A DNA stretch of 58,431 nucleotides, the filler included, from Sluysia triapertura (Eukaryota), in NCBI GenBank assembly GCA_046118255.1. It is 4 parts of 4 records of this genome, joined end to end, with 100 filler letters (N's around TTAATTAATTAA, not from the genome) between each part and the next. Parts side by side here need not be neighbours in the genome. Positions count along the whole stretch, not along the records: positions 31,221 to 46,447 come from JBJNIA010234119.1; positions 46,548 to 58,431 come from JBJNIA010160821.1; 2 more parts are not named here. One strand, given 5' to 3'. A program made the position numbers and the translations under genes. Under the pieces are notes generated by a model. It saw only the letters and a list, made by a program, of their open reading frames with translations. It ran no database searches and was not told the origin of the DNA. Of this stretch, positions 39,101 to 52,319 are shown in pieces. How positions within the stretch are numbered: the first letter of the stretch is position 1; every line of letters begins with the position of its first letter.

Positions 39101-42100
39101 TCAAATTTGTGGACAAATTTTTATGAATGAGGAAGTGATATTAGGTTGTAATCATAACCCTTTAAAATCATTAAATTAATAGAAAAAGTAATTAAAATCA
39201 TTAAATTCCTTAAAAGAAAATTCCTCACTAAAAATAGAAAAGAATTTTCCAGAATGTTCTAGAATTCTACTCGCCTATGATTGAATATGGGCTTCTATAA
39301 ATAGCCACAGCTAATCATAAAGAAACACGATTAAAACACTATTTTAAATTCAATTTATTGACTGTTTCTTTGACACCATATTGGATTACTAATTCTACTC
39401 ATTTTGGCACAATTCAGTTCGCTTTTGGTCATTCATTTGTTCCGGCATCCATTTTGTTTCCGCTTTTGTCATTTCCAGGCAATGATTAAACTTTTTCAGT
39501 GTTAGGGCGTTTTGATTTTTACAGTTACAATACTAAAAATCCACGCAAAATCCCGATCTACTGAGGAAATGTTATTATGTGTAAATAAGTATAAATAATA
39601 TGTTATTATGTGTAAGTATAAATAAGTAAATTAATAATAAGCAAATAAGTTTAATTATATTATTATTTTATATAAATCAAGTTTTAAAATGTAAATAGTT
39701 GTTATATTATTATTATTATTATTACTGTATTATAATTTATTTATTAAAATTATTAAAAATACTCTAAGTGTTATAAATTATATGTGTTGATTATTCATCA
39801 ACAATGACTGAATCCATTACTTTATAATTTGATAGAAATACTGATCAAACAATGCAGTAAAGTACACATTAATTCAAAACATAAATTGATTGATAACAAA
39901 ACATTTTTGTTAATTCAAATTTGTAACGTAACGATTCAGTCAATTCTATTTGTCTGATCAATTAATTTGGAAAATTGACTCTATTAAATTTATCGAAAGA
40001 ATTTTATCTACAATTATCTTGAATATTCGTTAGTTTCGTTTTTATTAGTTAACTGATTTAATTAAAGTTATAATGTCACACTTAACTTGTTCACTTAATT
40101 TTTAGTAATTTTTAATATATTACCTATATAAATTAATTTTTTAAAAGAAGGAAATTACAAATAATTTTTATCCCTGAGATAATTGGTAAAATTATTATAC
40201 GTATTATGTTTAAATTTTAATAATATCTATTATAACGAGTATGCAATAATTTACAAAAAAATTTTATTTTATAATATATTTTTGCTTTAACAAGTGTATT
40301 TAATTTTTGATATTAATAAAATTTATAGAAGTTTCAAACTTGTTTACTCCTCGAAATTTTAGATAGTATATATTTTGCGTACTAAGTTAACTTATATAGT
40401 TGTAACGTAAATTCAAAATCCAGATCAACATAATAACTGCTTTTAATATATCAAAAATTTCAGATCCTGTTTAAACATTAGGATCGCACATAAAATATCT
40501 GATCTAAAACTTGCTAAAAAGCGGAATTGTGAATACTTTTAGCTTAAAATAACAAATAGCAGTGTATATTCGTTCTATTTAAAGTTACGCGCATACTTAC
40601 AAGTTGGCCCTTAATATCGCAAGGGACTCACAGATCTACATAACCCACAGCTATAAAAGCAAAATAATTTTCACCGCAGGAATATTTTCATATCAAGACC
40701 AAAGAACATTTGATTAAAGATTCCGCATGGATTCCACATATTTAAATATAGTTTCATAGACGAATTAGAAGTGTCTTTTAAAGTAAATATTTTAAGATCA
40801 TCGACTAATAATTACAGGAGCCCCTAATATACATTGTAAGTTGTTTACTGCAACCGGACCCTACTCAATTTCATTTTGACGTTTGTTTAGAGTTAAGAAA
40901 TCTACACAGAATATTAAGTATGACTGAGTAGCAAAAGGTGTGAGCACCGAACAGTTCACATTCCCTAGTATATCAAAGACTGGAATTGGAAATGTATTGC
41001 TTTGTATTTTGTAATGTGTGATTCGTCACAATGACATATATTGCAAAATGAAATAAAAATATACAAAAATTGCGTAATGTTTGCAACGTGATATTCTGTT
41101 TTGCCGGAAATTTACTATTAAGATTAAAATTATCCTAAAATTAATTAACTATTCGGTTAATTAATTATCATCACCAGTTGCCATGACCACAATCAATAAT
41201 TATTAATAATTTTAATATAATAAAACAAATAGTACTGATGATATTTTCAGTAGAATAAATATAAAACTATAATAAATATTCAAATAATGATATACTAACA
41301 ATAATGATAATAAATAATAGTAATAATTCAATTGTGAATGTAGTTTGGGAAAATAATAATAAAGATGATTTTAATAAACCAATAATAATATTAGTAATAA
41401 AAATAAATTCCAAATACAATAATGAATAATAATTTAGTCTTACAGTAGTAAGTAAATAATAAATTGATAATAATAAATGAAAGAGAATATTTTCTCTCTC
41501 CTACAATCCCATTCGTTGGGAATTTTTTTGTCAATTTTTTCGATTTACGATGGTCACACTTTGGATTATACATGACTTTTCTGTGCCAGTAATTACTGAA
41601 TCAGTACACAGGAAAAACAAACTTAATATCGATTTTTACGCAGTTCAGTTTCATATTTAGTAAGTTAAATTTTATACGGTTGTTTATTCCTCCACGAAAT
41701 TAATTTTATCTTGCAATTTTTGTTAAAATTTTCGTAAATAAAAATATTAACTGAGTAATTTTAAGTTTTGTGAAGAAATCAAATTAAGAATAACTACGAA
41801 AATGCCCAGCAACACTAATAAAATATTAAATCGACTTGTTTGTTCTAATTTAGAATACTCTATTAACGAGATCGATAGATTCATAGCTACAGTCGTACCT
41901 ACTGTACGTTTTAAGCCGCTAATTATAGCCGAACCTACAAAGCCAAGATGGCGTGATATTGCTCAATATCATATCTACAGGAGAACCTCCGTGTTTCGAA
42001 AGTAAAAATCTAGTAATTGCATTAAAATCCTAGCAATAGTAATACCAAAGATATATAATTGTTAATCAAATATAATTGGTCTATTTTGATTGGCAGATTT

Positions 42101-45100
42101 TGACCAATAAAAAATATCCGCTAACCTGAATACGATCAGTATAATTATCTAAATTCAGTATACCAGAACCGGCAACTTTTTTAGTCTCAACCATTGTCTT
42201 CAGGTCAGCCAGAAGCGACATATGTTTTGACATATCTGTTGCGAGGACCTTAAAAAGTAAAAGTAATTTATAAAAGTACATTAATTATAAAAGACAACAC
42301 TTTACCATATCTATAACCATTTTTCTAAACGATTGTCTATGTTTTTTAGACATATTTACTGAAATATCATTAGCTGGCTCTGATAAAACTGTAAATGCAA
42401 CTGACAAATGATGATTTTCTAAAACTGACGAATCGTTATACAACAATGCCAGGGGATCATCTTAATTGATTAAAAAAATAATTTAAATTACTTACTGAAA
42501 AATAAAAGTACTATAAATATGCCAAATAATAAAATCAAAACTATTCCTAATTAAATATTTCGAATGAAATTAACTATGATAATTTATTCTAAGTGCTATT
42601 GTGAAAATATTTTCTGATTCTGTCTTTTATGCAAAATAAAATATGTGATAATAATAAATATAATTCATCAATATAAAGTAAGTGCTGAAGAATTATTACG
42701 ATAATATAGTTAATTTATAATTGTTTGCTATCTTCTGCCAGAAATCTTTAAAAGTTATGTATTTTCGAAAAATTATCAAAATAAATCAAATTCAAAAACA
42801 TAAAATTATATATTTTATTGAAGCTTAACCACAAATACCGTTTCTGAGAAACTTGGATTATTTAAACTGAATTTATAAGCCCAAAATCGAAATTTATGGA
42901 AACAGTGTTGGTACTACCAAACAGATGTTAAGGAAATGGGCGCAGATGATGTGGAATTGGAAAATATAGAAAGAATTGATACAAAACAATACAACATTGT
43001 CGAGTAAAAATGATGAAGATGAAAACATCTGTAGTAATGTTTCAAAGACCTTTATAAGTTGTTGAGATCTAGAAGCATTTTAAGCGTGAGATTATTTAAA
43101 ACTTTATTGACCCTTGAAACCTTGATAAGCATTTGAAACCTTTGAGTAATTTAATAAAGTATTTGAAATCTTTAAAACATTTGAGAAATGGAGTTATTGT
43201 TATTATTAATAATAAAGATAAATTTGATATATTGATAATTAATACAAAGAAGTAGACAAATAAATCAGAATGGTGAAGGTAAAAGCATCTAGAATCCTCT
43301 TTTAGAACTTTAATAAAAACTTTTTACATAAAATAAGATTAATTAATTAAAATTTTAATTAACTTAATTAAGAAAAAGTATGTTTTTGAGAATGACGTTT
43401 GAATGAGGAATGGTATGTTCAAGTTGAAACAAGATCTTTCGATGAAGAAAATTTTAATTAATTTCCAATTCATATTTAGAATGATGAAAAGATAATGAAC
43501 TTAATATTATTGATTACTGTGAAAGAAGAGAATCTGGAATGGTCTAATTGAGAATGAGAACTTTAAACTTTTTCCATTAGAAAATTTGGTGTGAAAGACT
43601 AAAAATCAAATGAATTATAAAAACTAAAGTTAAATTCATTATTTTTATGTATGTTAACAATATTGTTGATAGGTATTTTAATATGAGAAGTAATTTAAGT
43701 AAAAATAGATCGAGTAGAATAGAAGAAAATAATGATTGATCATAAATAAATTTTTTGTGTTTTGTAAATCCTCAAAGGAGGTTTAAATGACTTGTGTGAG
43801 GCAGTGTTTGATTGCAAAACTTCTTAATGATTGGATGATGAGAAAGTATAAAATAGAAAACAAAAAAAACAATACACCAAAGTCCATGTTTTATTGACTT
43901 TATTTATTATTATTACTGTATTATTAATTTTTAAAATTTTAAAAAGATATAAACGATTATTTGGGAAAATTCCCTTTTTTATTTATTTCCCGTGTTTTAT
44001 ATTATCTGTGTTAATTATTTTTATTAAATTACTGACAGGCAACATCTATATTTTGGTTATTCTCGAATATTTGACCTGTGTTACTGATAACTCATAATTA
44101 TACGACTGATCGGAATTATTTAATTAACATATTTATATTACATTGAATATATCTGAGTTCGAATCCTTTATTTTTTTATTTATTCGTTTTAATTATAATG
44201 CCAGATTTAAATGAATTAGGTAGTACAGTGGTGGCCAAATTATTAGTCTAAAGATAATTTTTCAAGGATACTATAAAACTGTTAATCAAAAGTTGGATGT
44301 TTCACTGTTTCTATGACACAATCAGGTGAAACTCATCATTAGGTCTCCTTCTTACAAATGTGGTCTTGTCATACAATACTTGAAAGGACGACTCGTCACT
44401 AAAACACACTTGACTCCAGTTAAATTTTGGTGTTGCTTAGCCTATGTGAACCTTTTACTGATCATCCCTGGTGTCAACTTAGGCTTTCTTCTGGGTCGTC
44501 TCGCTTGCAAACCATTGTCAACAGCCTCCTTCTGACTGTTATGGCACTAACGTGCGTTCTGAAAAGTCATACTGATAGATTTACGATTCATAGTAGAAAG
44601 TTTCACCAAACATCTCTCATTTCTCACTGATATTTTCTTCCTTCTACCACATTTTCCCAAACGACACTTTTTGATGTACCACAAAAGAAAAACATATTTT
44701 CCTATTTTAGTCAAATAATTTGGCCACACTGTAATGAGAAATTAAGTAAATTGATTGTTAAAGAGAAACTCATTGTAATTATTTGTATTTAATCTTGTGA
44801 TTATTGAATTTATCGATATTTCAAACGAAATTAATTTTGTTATTGAGTTATTGTTATTAATTTAAATTAAAAGATGCAACAATTGGAAGTTTATTAAATC
44901 TTTGCAAATGGTTTTTTCATGTGATGCACTTTAAGTTGTTACCTCCATTTACTTTATTCGTTTCTACCTTAATTCAACAGCACGGATCAACTCGTCTGCA
45001 GTTCTCCAAGTCAACTGATGTGCTGTCAAAAAGTGACAATTAATATGTATTAATTGTATTAATATGTATTAATATGTATTAATATGTCTCTTAGTAAATA

Positions 45101-45741
45101 AAATGAATCAAATAAGGATCAATTTGAATAAATGAAAAAGAAATAAGTGTAATAAATACATGGTAATAAAATATGTCCGGTGGTACTGCTTATAATGTTT
45201 ATGTATCTCTTTCATAATAATCATGCTTTTCTGGAACGTGTAGGCACCAATCAATTTACAGTGGTGGCCAAATTATTAGATTAAAGACCATTTTTGTTAT
45301 AAAATTCAACATTTCCTAATCTTTAAAAGTATGTCACAGATGAGCTTGGAGCACAAGTCTTTGATCTTGTCATCACGGTTTCAATAAGTTCCGTCCTGGT
45401 GGTTGGTTTATGGGTTGAAATAAAGATATAAATATCAATAAAACATATAATAGAGCATTAGTATTATTATATTTCAAATTTTTTATTATTTCTAAGAGAT
45501 ATTCAGCACTTCCCTAATGTAAGTATTTGTAAATTATTGTCATGATTTTGAATTCTACTCTTAAGATAAGGTGTTACTTGAGATCTTCTTCCAACTCGGA
45601 GAAACAAATAAATAAATGTATATAATTAAATAATTACTCACTTGTATTGATGAGATATTGATTAGTAACTCCTGGATGATCAACATCATGCACTATACAA
45701 GCAAATAGAATGGAAAATAGTTCCAAATCGGAAAATACATT
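36134..45741 (-). CDS. PDE4: cAMP-specific phosphodiesterase PDE4/dunce, 3' exons 45741-45642, 42460-42306, 42248-42126, 36454-36134
   Basis: [33 protein letters not shown]|[30 protein letters not shown]|[29 protein letters not shown]|[50 protein letters not shown]. All junctions are GT-AG with consistent phase. Confidence 0.96.
36550..36730 (+). repeat. Type-B LTR-like block (left direct repeat)
   Basis: gacaaaaaagagaacaaaag..tgtcatcgctaccctttaaaatca..ATTGGCTG..tataaatagccgcagctaatcataaagaaaca, a direct repeat of 39136-39330. Confidence 0.7.
37800..38920 (+). pseudogene. ORF-X family copy 3
   Basis: [83 protein letters not shown] aligns colinearly with copy 2. It ends with a Ser/Pro tract and VDVDDSE. 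Confidence 0.75.
39125..39480 (+). repeat. Purine tract plus type-B LTR-like block (right direct repeat)
   Basis: atttgtggacaaatttt, then gaatgaggaag, then TGATATT at 39136. TATA (ctataaatag) and caccatattggatt downstream. Confidence 0.7.
43400..43887 (-). pseudogene. Decayed signal-peptide-bearing ORF (copy B of 1-563)
   Basis: ATG at 43887 reads [25 protein letters not shown]. Shares [18 protein letters not shown] with copy A. Confidence 0.35.
44226..44731 (-). mobile_element. Internally deleted Tc1-family transposon
   Basis: TA|CAGTGGTGGCCAAATTATT ... AATAATTTGGCCACACTG|TA. Minus strand encodes [45 protein letters not shown]. Confidence 0.9.
45259..45385 (-). mobile_element. Tc1 3'-end fragment
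   Basis: Same TIR plus gatgagcttggagcacaagtctttgatcttgtcatc, the reverse complement of ~11826-11862. Confidence 0.8.
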
Positions 45742-45839
45742 CTGAAATTAACATCAATGATTACTTAACTATGACTTAAATATTCAATGATTAATATATT
45801 TCATAAAGATCTACATCGTTTATTACTTCAAAAACGCAA

Positions 45840-45895
45840 TACTTCGAGCGAAACATATGGTAATCTGACGGCGCAATATCTGGAATGTGTCTGAA
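45840..45895 (-). mobile_element. mariner transposase fragment
   Basis: PDIAPSDYHMFRS matches the mariner YSPDLAPSDYHLFRS motif. Confidence 0.65.
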
Positions 45896-46447
45896 AGACT
45901 TTTGAAATGCACACCTTTTTCTAATGGCACAAGCGATGCAACTGGTGGCAACAGATGTCAAGCTAAACTGTTTCATCCATTAATATTTCGCCAGAGTTGG
46001 TTGAATTACAGAAACATATTGCTTTTCACAATTCTTTTTAATACTGTAAAACTTCTTTTATGAAAAATGTTGGAAAGTACTCGAAAGTCGAACTCAAGTT
46101 TTTAATTCTGGTTCAGAATGAAGCTGTAACGGAATCGGAAGGAACGGAGTCTGACATTCTCGATAAATAAAAAATAAGTGATACTTGGTTTATATTTTCA
46201 TTGAACGAAAATAACTTATAGCATTTTCCTCACTATCAAAAATTTATGAGCAAATGCGCATTTCTCCAGGAGAAATAAAAAGTTATACAGTGTATGTAAT
46301 ATCCATTTTTAATCTCCATTAACAAATAGGTCCAAAAAATTTAAAACGGTGGTAAAATTGGTCCCAAGTATCATTATTAATCATTATCTTTAGATCTTTA
46401 GATCATTATTTTTCAGTTCTGAATATCTAGTTTCATTCTAGTTTCAC

Positions 46448-46547
46448 NNNNNNNNNNNNNNNNNNNNNNNNNNNNNNNNNNNNNNNNNNNNTTAATTAAT
46501 TAANNNNNNNNNNNNNNNNNNNNNNNNNNNNNNNNNNNNNNNNNNNN
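46448..46547. other. Assembly spacer
   Basis: N44-TTAATTAATTAA-N44. Confidence 0.97.
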
Positions 46548-49500
46548 ATTAGGTTCGTAAGCCCAATACGTTGGTGAACTCACCATTTATCTAGGTAGTT
46601 TTATTCTTGCATATATCACTATTTGCATTTCAATTCTTGCAATATGATTCAGTAAATAACACCAAAGATTATACACACTTAAATTATAAGCAAATTGTTT
46701 ATTAATGTTTAATATGCAATGTTTCAGATGATGTACGATCAGCGACAATTTGATTTCTATTTCATTTCTATTAGAATATTCACATACGAAGTTTACATTT
46801 AATGCTTGAAATGAAATCGTACATCAAATCTTAATAATTTTATGATTGAACACAATTAAAAATTTTTAAATTCGTTTCCATATTTGTTCAAATTGAAATT
46901 TAATGATTCTTTTTAGCATTATCCTACACTAAAAGATATCTGGAGTATTTTAATTGGATCAAAGTTTAGTTTATAATCGCTTTCATAAGTGAAATGTTTC
47001 TATCTTTATCTCAAATCTATTTTCCAAATCTTGTATCAGCATTATTGTATTCATATGAATAAAAAACCACAGAAATAGCGCTGTATTATTTTGAAGTTCT
47101 TTGTTTAGAAAAAAGTTCTGGAAAAGAATTAAGAGCGCGTATTAAATTTAGAAATTTCAGATATTTCAAAAAGTACATCGTTGAATTTATCTATTTGATA
47201 CTTTCTTATTTTAACATTTTAAGGCAAAGATGATTGACAGTACGATAATTAACATCTTTACGAAGACCTCTTTGTGGATGTTGAAAATGCACATTATGTT
47301 GATCCATTTCTAAAATCTAGGATTTTTTGATCTTCCAGATAAACATTTATTTACAACGATGATTCACAAGCACTGTGTCATCAGAAAAGTATACAGTGTG
47401 CATGATTGTGCATTGCTTAGTCGACCTACATTTTATAAATACATCAATCAATTAAAAAATTGAAATTCCTTTAAATTTTTCTTATTGTTATGTTAGCGTG
47501 CACCAAATTGTTTTGTTAATAAAAGTGTGTCACGACAAGAAAAATGTTGAGAATCATTACTTTACACTACTAATTTATACATTCCATTAATTTCATATTA
47601 AAATTTACAAATTTCCTTGAATATTCATTCTTCTTTGACGAAATCTAAATTTTGAAATAAAATTGTTAGCACATTTAATAAATAACAGATGTACTAATTA
47701 TACAAAATATTAATCTTTCTCATATAACAAAACAAAATTATTAGACACACCATCCAGTTGCACAAACAACAAGGTTCAGTTATAGGTCTTATAATCTAAT
47801 TTCGCATATAAAGGTTCAAAGTTCATTTCTTTTTTCAGAAAATGTTTAAAGTGCAATAAAAAATGATAAAATCAAATAGAGTTAAATATTTTAAGAAATA
47901 AATAAAATTAATAATTTCAAAAATAGATTAAATTTTGTTTAAATTATTTATTATCTTATTGATTTTATTAACTATTATCATTGTTATTTTGATTTCACAT
48001 TTCGATTTCATTTTATTTTAGAAATTTTATATAATTTTGAATTAAAAGGTGTGCAAAATATTTGCGATGATGTGTTAAGTATGGAATTATCAGCTGTGAA
48101 TTATTGAAACGTAATATAGAAGAAAACAAATTACGCAATATTATTTTGAAATTTATCGATATTCTTTCTGTCGTTATTGTTTCAATATCTTTTTTTTCGT
48201 TCAAGAAATATCAATTTTTTTTATTCAAATTTGAATGAGATTTCAAACATCTAATTTATCTTAAGAATTTACAGGGTTTATTTCAATTTTGTTATAATTA
48301 TTAAATTTAATTAATCCTTATTTCATTTAGTGTTAATTTAAAACTTAAATTTAAATATTGTTAAGTATTTAAATTTTGTAAAGGTTTTACAAAAATGAAA
48401 TAAAGGTTGACAAAACTGAAATAAGAAGTAATTACATTAGAATTGATCACTACTAATTCGGATAAAGTTACTATATAAAAAGGTACTATATTGGCATCAA
48501 ATGTTAAGTAATGAGCTTATTTATCTATTTCGGTCTAATTTGAATTTTTAAGCGTGAAAAGAAGTTCTATTAACAAAATAACAAAGAAACTTATTTTAAA
48601 TAATTTAATTTTCACAAAGTTATTCCACTTTTACTGAAAACTATTAATAATTCATTACACAGTCTGAAATTTGTGCCAACTGAGGAAGTATTTGTTGTAC
48701 CACTTCTCATCTGAAAGTACGGACCAGTACCAAACAAAATATTCTTATAAAAATTTATTAAAAGTAGTTTTAAGACACTTATCATAGATTTTATATGAAA
48801 ATAAACTTCTTTATCACTCTGTTTACAGAATCCATCATTCAGCAGAGATAAATATTATAAAAGTATTTTGATAGTATTGTTAGATGTGCATGCTGTTTTT
48901 ATGTAACAGTAGATATTTTATTATTTTATGATTTACAAAGAATGTGACTCTAATTTAATACAATAAAGTGGTTTGAATCGTATCTAAAAGATAAAAAAAA
49001 CAATGTTTTATTAAATAATGCGAAGTATAGAGTTCTTCAAGAATAACTTCTTGGTTCATTATTGATTATGGTTATAAATACCATGTGTTTTCCAGTGATG
49101 TAGAAATATATAATGAATTTGAAGTCACTAACATAGAAAATACTATTCAAAGATAGGTTTGTAGGTAAATATTTGAAAATCAATGAAAAGTCAGAATTTA
49201 TAATTTTCAGTAATAAAAATAGCCGCATTTCCAAAATACATGAAGCGAAATTAATTTTAGGAACTAAGATGCTAGAATATAGGATAATATATGGATACAA
49301 AAAATGAATATGAAAGAAAATATTAATTATATTGTTAAAAAGTGTAAATACCAGTATTATAAATTTATTAATACAAATTCGACCAAACTGATTGTTCATT
49401 CATTGATATTAATAATATAGATTTTAATTATTCCTCAAAGAAAAGTGCAAAATTTGCAATCAACAAGAATAATTTTTCAAGTAAGAAGATCTCTTATAAC

Positions 49501-50632
49501 TCTTCATCTTGAAGAAGTTACCGATAAAAGCAAAAATGGAAAATAGGACAATAATCTATACATGTTTCCACTACGGAAGTCGTAATTTCTCTTGGAGAAA
49601 ATAAAAATTTGCAAAACAAAATAAATGTCATTAAGATATAATAATTTATACAGAATCCACTGTTATAATAAGATAGGTTATATGTTATATACTGTTTATG
49701 TTTCAAAAATAAACCATTTACCAGAGAATCAAGCCATCAACACGTATTTCATATGTCAGCATCATACTATATTCCATATAAATCACAAATTTTGAAATGA
49801 AATTATTAATATTAAAACCATGATAATTAATTGTACTAATATTAAATTTTATCAACATCACAGTTCTCGTGTTCATAAATATCATTAGGAAGAGAACTCC
49901 TAATTCTTACAATATTTCTTTTTTGTGAACGATTTGATTTAAACAGCTGTTTTTAGAATTATAGAAATTGTTATGTAACATTTTCTTGTTTATTTCATGG
50001 CTCACATTCTCTTCATTGTGTATATTTCGTATATCATTTGTTATTGTAAACTTTAGTGACATTTCGCTGATGCTTTCATTATGTTAAATGTAACAAACCT
50101 AGTAGTTTGCTATTTCAAATAAGTAAATTTTCAAAATGATTTGTTAATTGTAAAAACACTTTCATAAATTATGTTAACAATAATATGAATGAATATTTTC
50201 TATTAGATGAATCCATGCTTAAACATCGATTAAATATTGATAAAACGATTAAAAACCTGCTTTAGAAAATTTAAGTAAATATTTTATATTTTATTTCTTT
50301 TTATTATAAAATGTTTTTAATTTCGTTTTTATGCATGACCGACCTATTTGTGCTACATTTGTTTTGTAATTTCAATTTTATTTTATTGTCATTATTAATG
50401 CGTTTATGCTATTCTTTTTTTCTTTATTTGAATATCTTCATTTTGCGAAAGTAGAAAATATTTTATATAATTTTTAATGCAAAAAGTTTCAAATGCTGAA
50501 ACGAGTTAAAGATAGTAAGGGATTTCTTTCAACCACTAGAAGATTAGATGCAAAATCTCAGGAGTACTAAAATGAATTCGGATCTCAAATTACTATACAG
50601 TTAGTATTTGTATATTTATAATAAAGATTAAA

Positions 50633-50827
50633 CAAGGGCGAACTAAGGCCTAGGCAACTTAGGCACGTGCCTAGGGCCCGAAAAATAGATTTTTAACTTT
50701 TTATTTAAAAGAAAAACGTGTCCAAATTATGCCGAATCGTTAATTGATAAAGTATGTATCATGACTGAAAAATAGGCCCGAAATTACAATGTTGCCTAGG
50801 ACCCACTTTAGTCTTAGTCCGCCAGTG
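50633..50827. mobile_element. hAT-like MITE
   Basis: Imperfect TIR caagggcgaactaag ... cttagtccgccagtg, with subterminal ctaggca/tgcctag repeats. No clean target duplication. Confidence 0.6.
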
Positions 50828-51983
50828 GATGAAGTGAACCATCCAATATTGGAATGTATTTCGTGGTCCAAGTTCACATTTTAACCACCAGACAACAATT
50901 TAAATCTATTACTTCAACCTATGTTTTCAGACTGACCAAATTGGCAAAATTCTAACATTCATTGTCCTTTCAATTTTTAATACTCACAAGAGTACTCCAT
51001 AACAAACTCTCAAAACTCAGAGTCAGGCATTGTCTGTACATGAGTCTTAAATTTAATGATCCTTTTAGTTATTTTCTGAGTGTTCTGATTGAAACGGATC
51101 GTGGTCTTTTTTGTATCAAAAATGTTAAATTTTGAATTATGTAAAACTCAAAGTTTTGAGTCTTAAATCATCGAATTTAATTTTCACATCATCAGCTAAT
51201 TCAGTCTAAGAGAAAGAATCATGGCTATTTCTCAAGACAGACAAACTTTTAGATTCATTTATTTTAGTTTCTTCAAATTTTATGTTATTTTTAGAAATAA
51301 ATAGAACGAAGCCTTATTTTTATTTTTGTTTTCATCTCATTAAGCCTCTTTTCCTAACGAAAATTTTTCAGGATAATAAATTTAATTACTTTTTTTAAAT
51401 ATAATGTTCAAGTATTTTCCTAATGAAGTCTTAAAATTGAATAATAAATTATACGACTTCATTAGGAATGCTTAATTACTAGAAGATTATTTCAGAAATA
51501 TTATAATGAATGCTTTAATCTATCATAGATATTAAGACAATATGAATTTATTATGATTATGATTATTATTTGGATATCTTTGGATTATATTTGTTTATAA
51601 TACTTAAATATAAAGTCTTACGAGTTTAAGTGTTCAAGTGTATTCTGTATATGAATTAATTTCATTCTATATTATAATCTTGGCCATATAATTTATTTCC
51701 AACCGCTTTGTGAAAGCTAGTATTTATTTGTGTATCCATGTTAATTTCTATTTTATTAGCATTACATAATTTTCAGTTCTTGTGTCAGAAAAATAGTTTA
51801 CCTTCTTGCTAATTAAGCATGATACATTCTATTCTACATTCTTATTATTCTTTGTTTACTTCTTATTTTCGATTATTTTAAACATTTTAATTTGAGATTA
51901 CACTGTAACATGTTAATTGAATTATTTATTTTCGTACGTAATATTTATTATTCGATATACACTTTGAAATATAATAACAATAA

Positions 51984-52319
51984 CTAACCAACACGACACA
52001 AAATAACGTAAAGTATAGCCGAATCGTTTGTGGAAAACGTTTTCGAATAATTATTGAAAAAGTAATTCGAATTTAACAATTTATAATTAGTTATGCTGTA
52101 ACAAAATCGATCCGTTTCGCACAATTTTTGACACTCCGTCAATTTATAAACACATATCTGACGATCAACTAATACATCAGCATTGTCGATTAAAAACCAA
52201 GTATTAGAACAATTTTCTTGTTTTGGTTGATTGATTGCCGAATAGATTTCGTACACATTTGTTGCACAAATGATTGTTGGAGTTACAACAAAAAAAGTGA
52301 AAATAAGAAAACAAAGCAT
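51984..52319 (-). CDS. Small secreted Cys-rich protein, PAN/apple-like
   Basis: Signal peptide MLCFLIFTFFVVTPTIICA, and the pattern TECQKLCETDRFCYSITNY (C-x3-C-x5-C) typical of PAN/apple modules. Confidence 0.55.
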   Translation of the reverse strand: MLCFLIFTFFVVTPTIICATNVYEIYSAINQPKQENCSNTWFLIDNADVLVDRQICVYKLTECQKLCETDRFCYSITNYKLLNSNYFFNNYSKTFSTNDSAILYVILCRVG

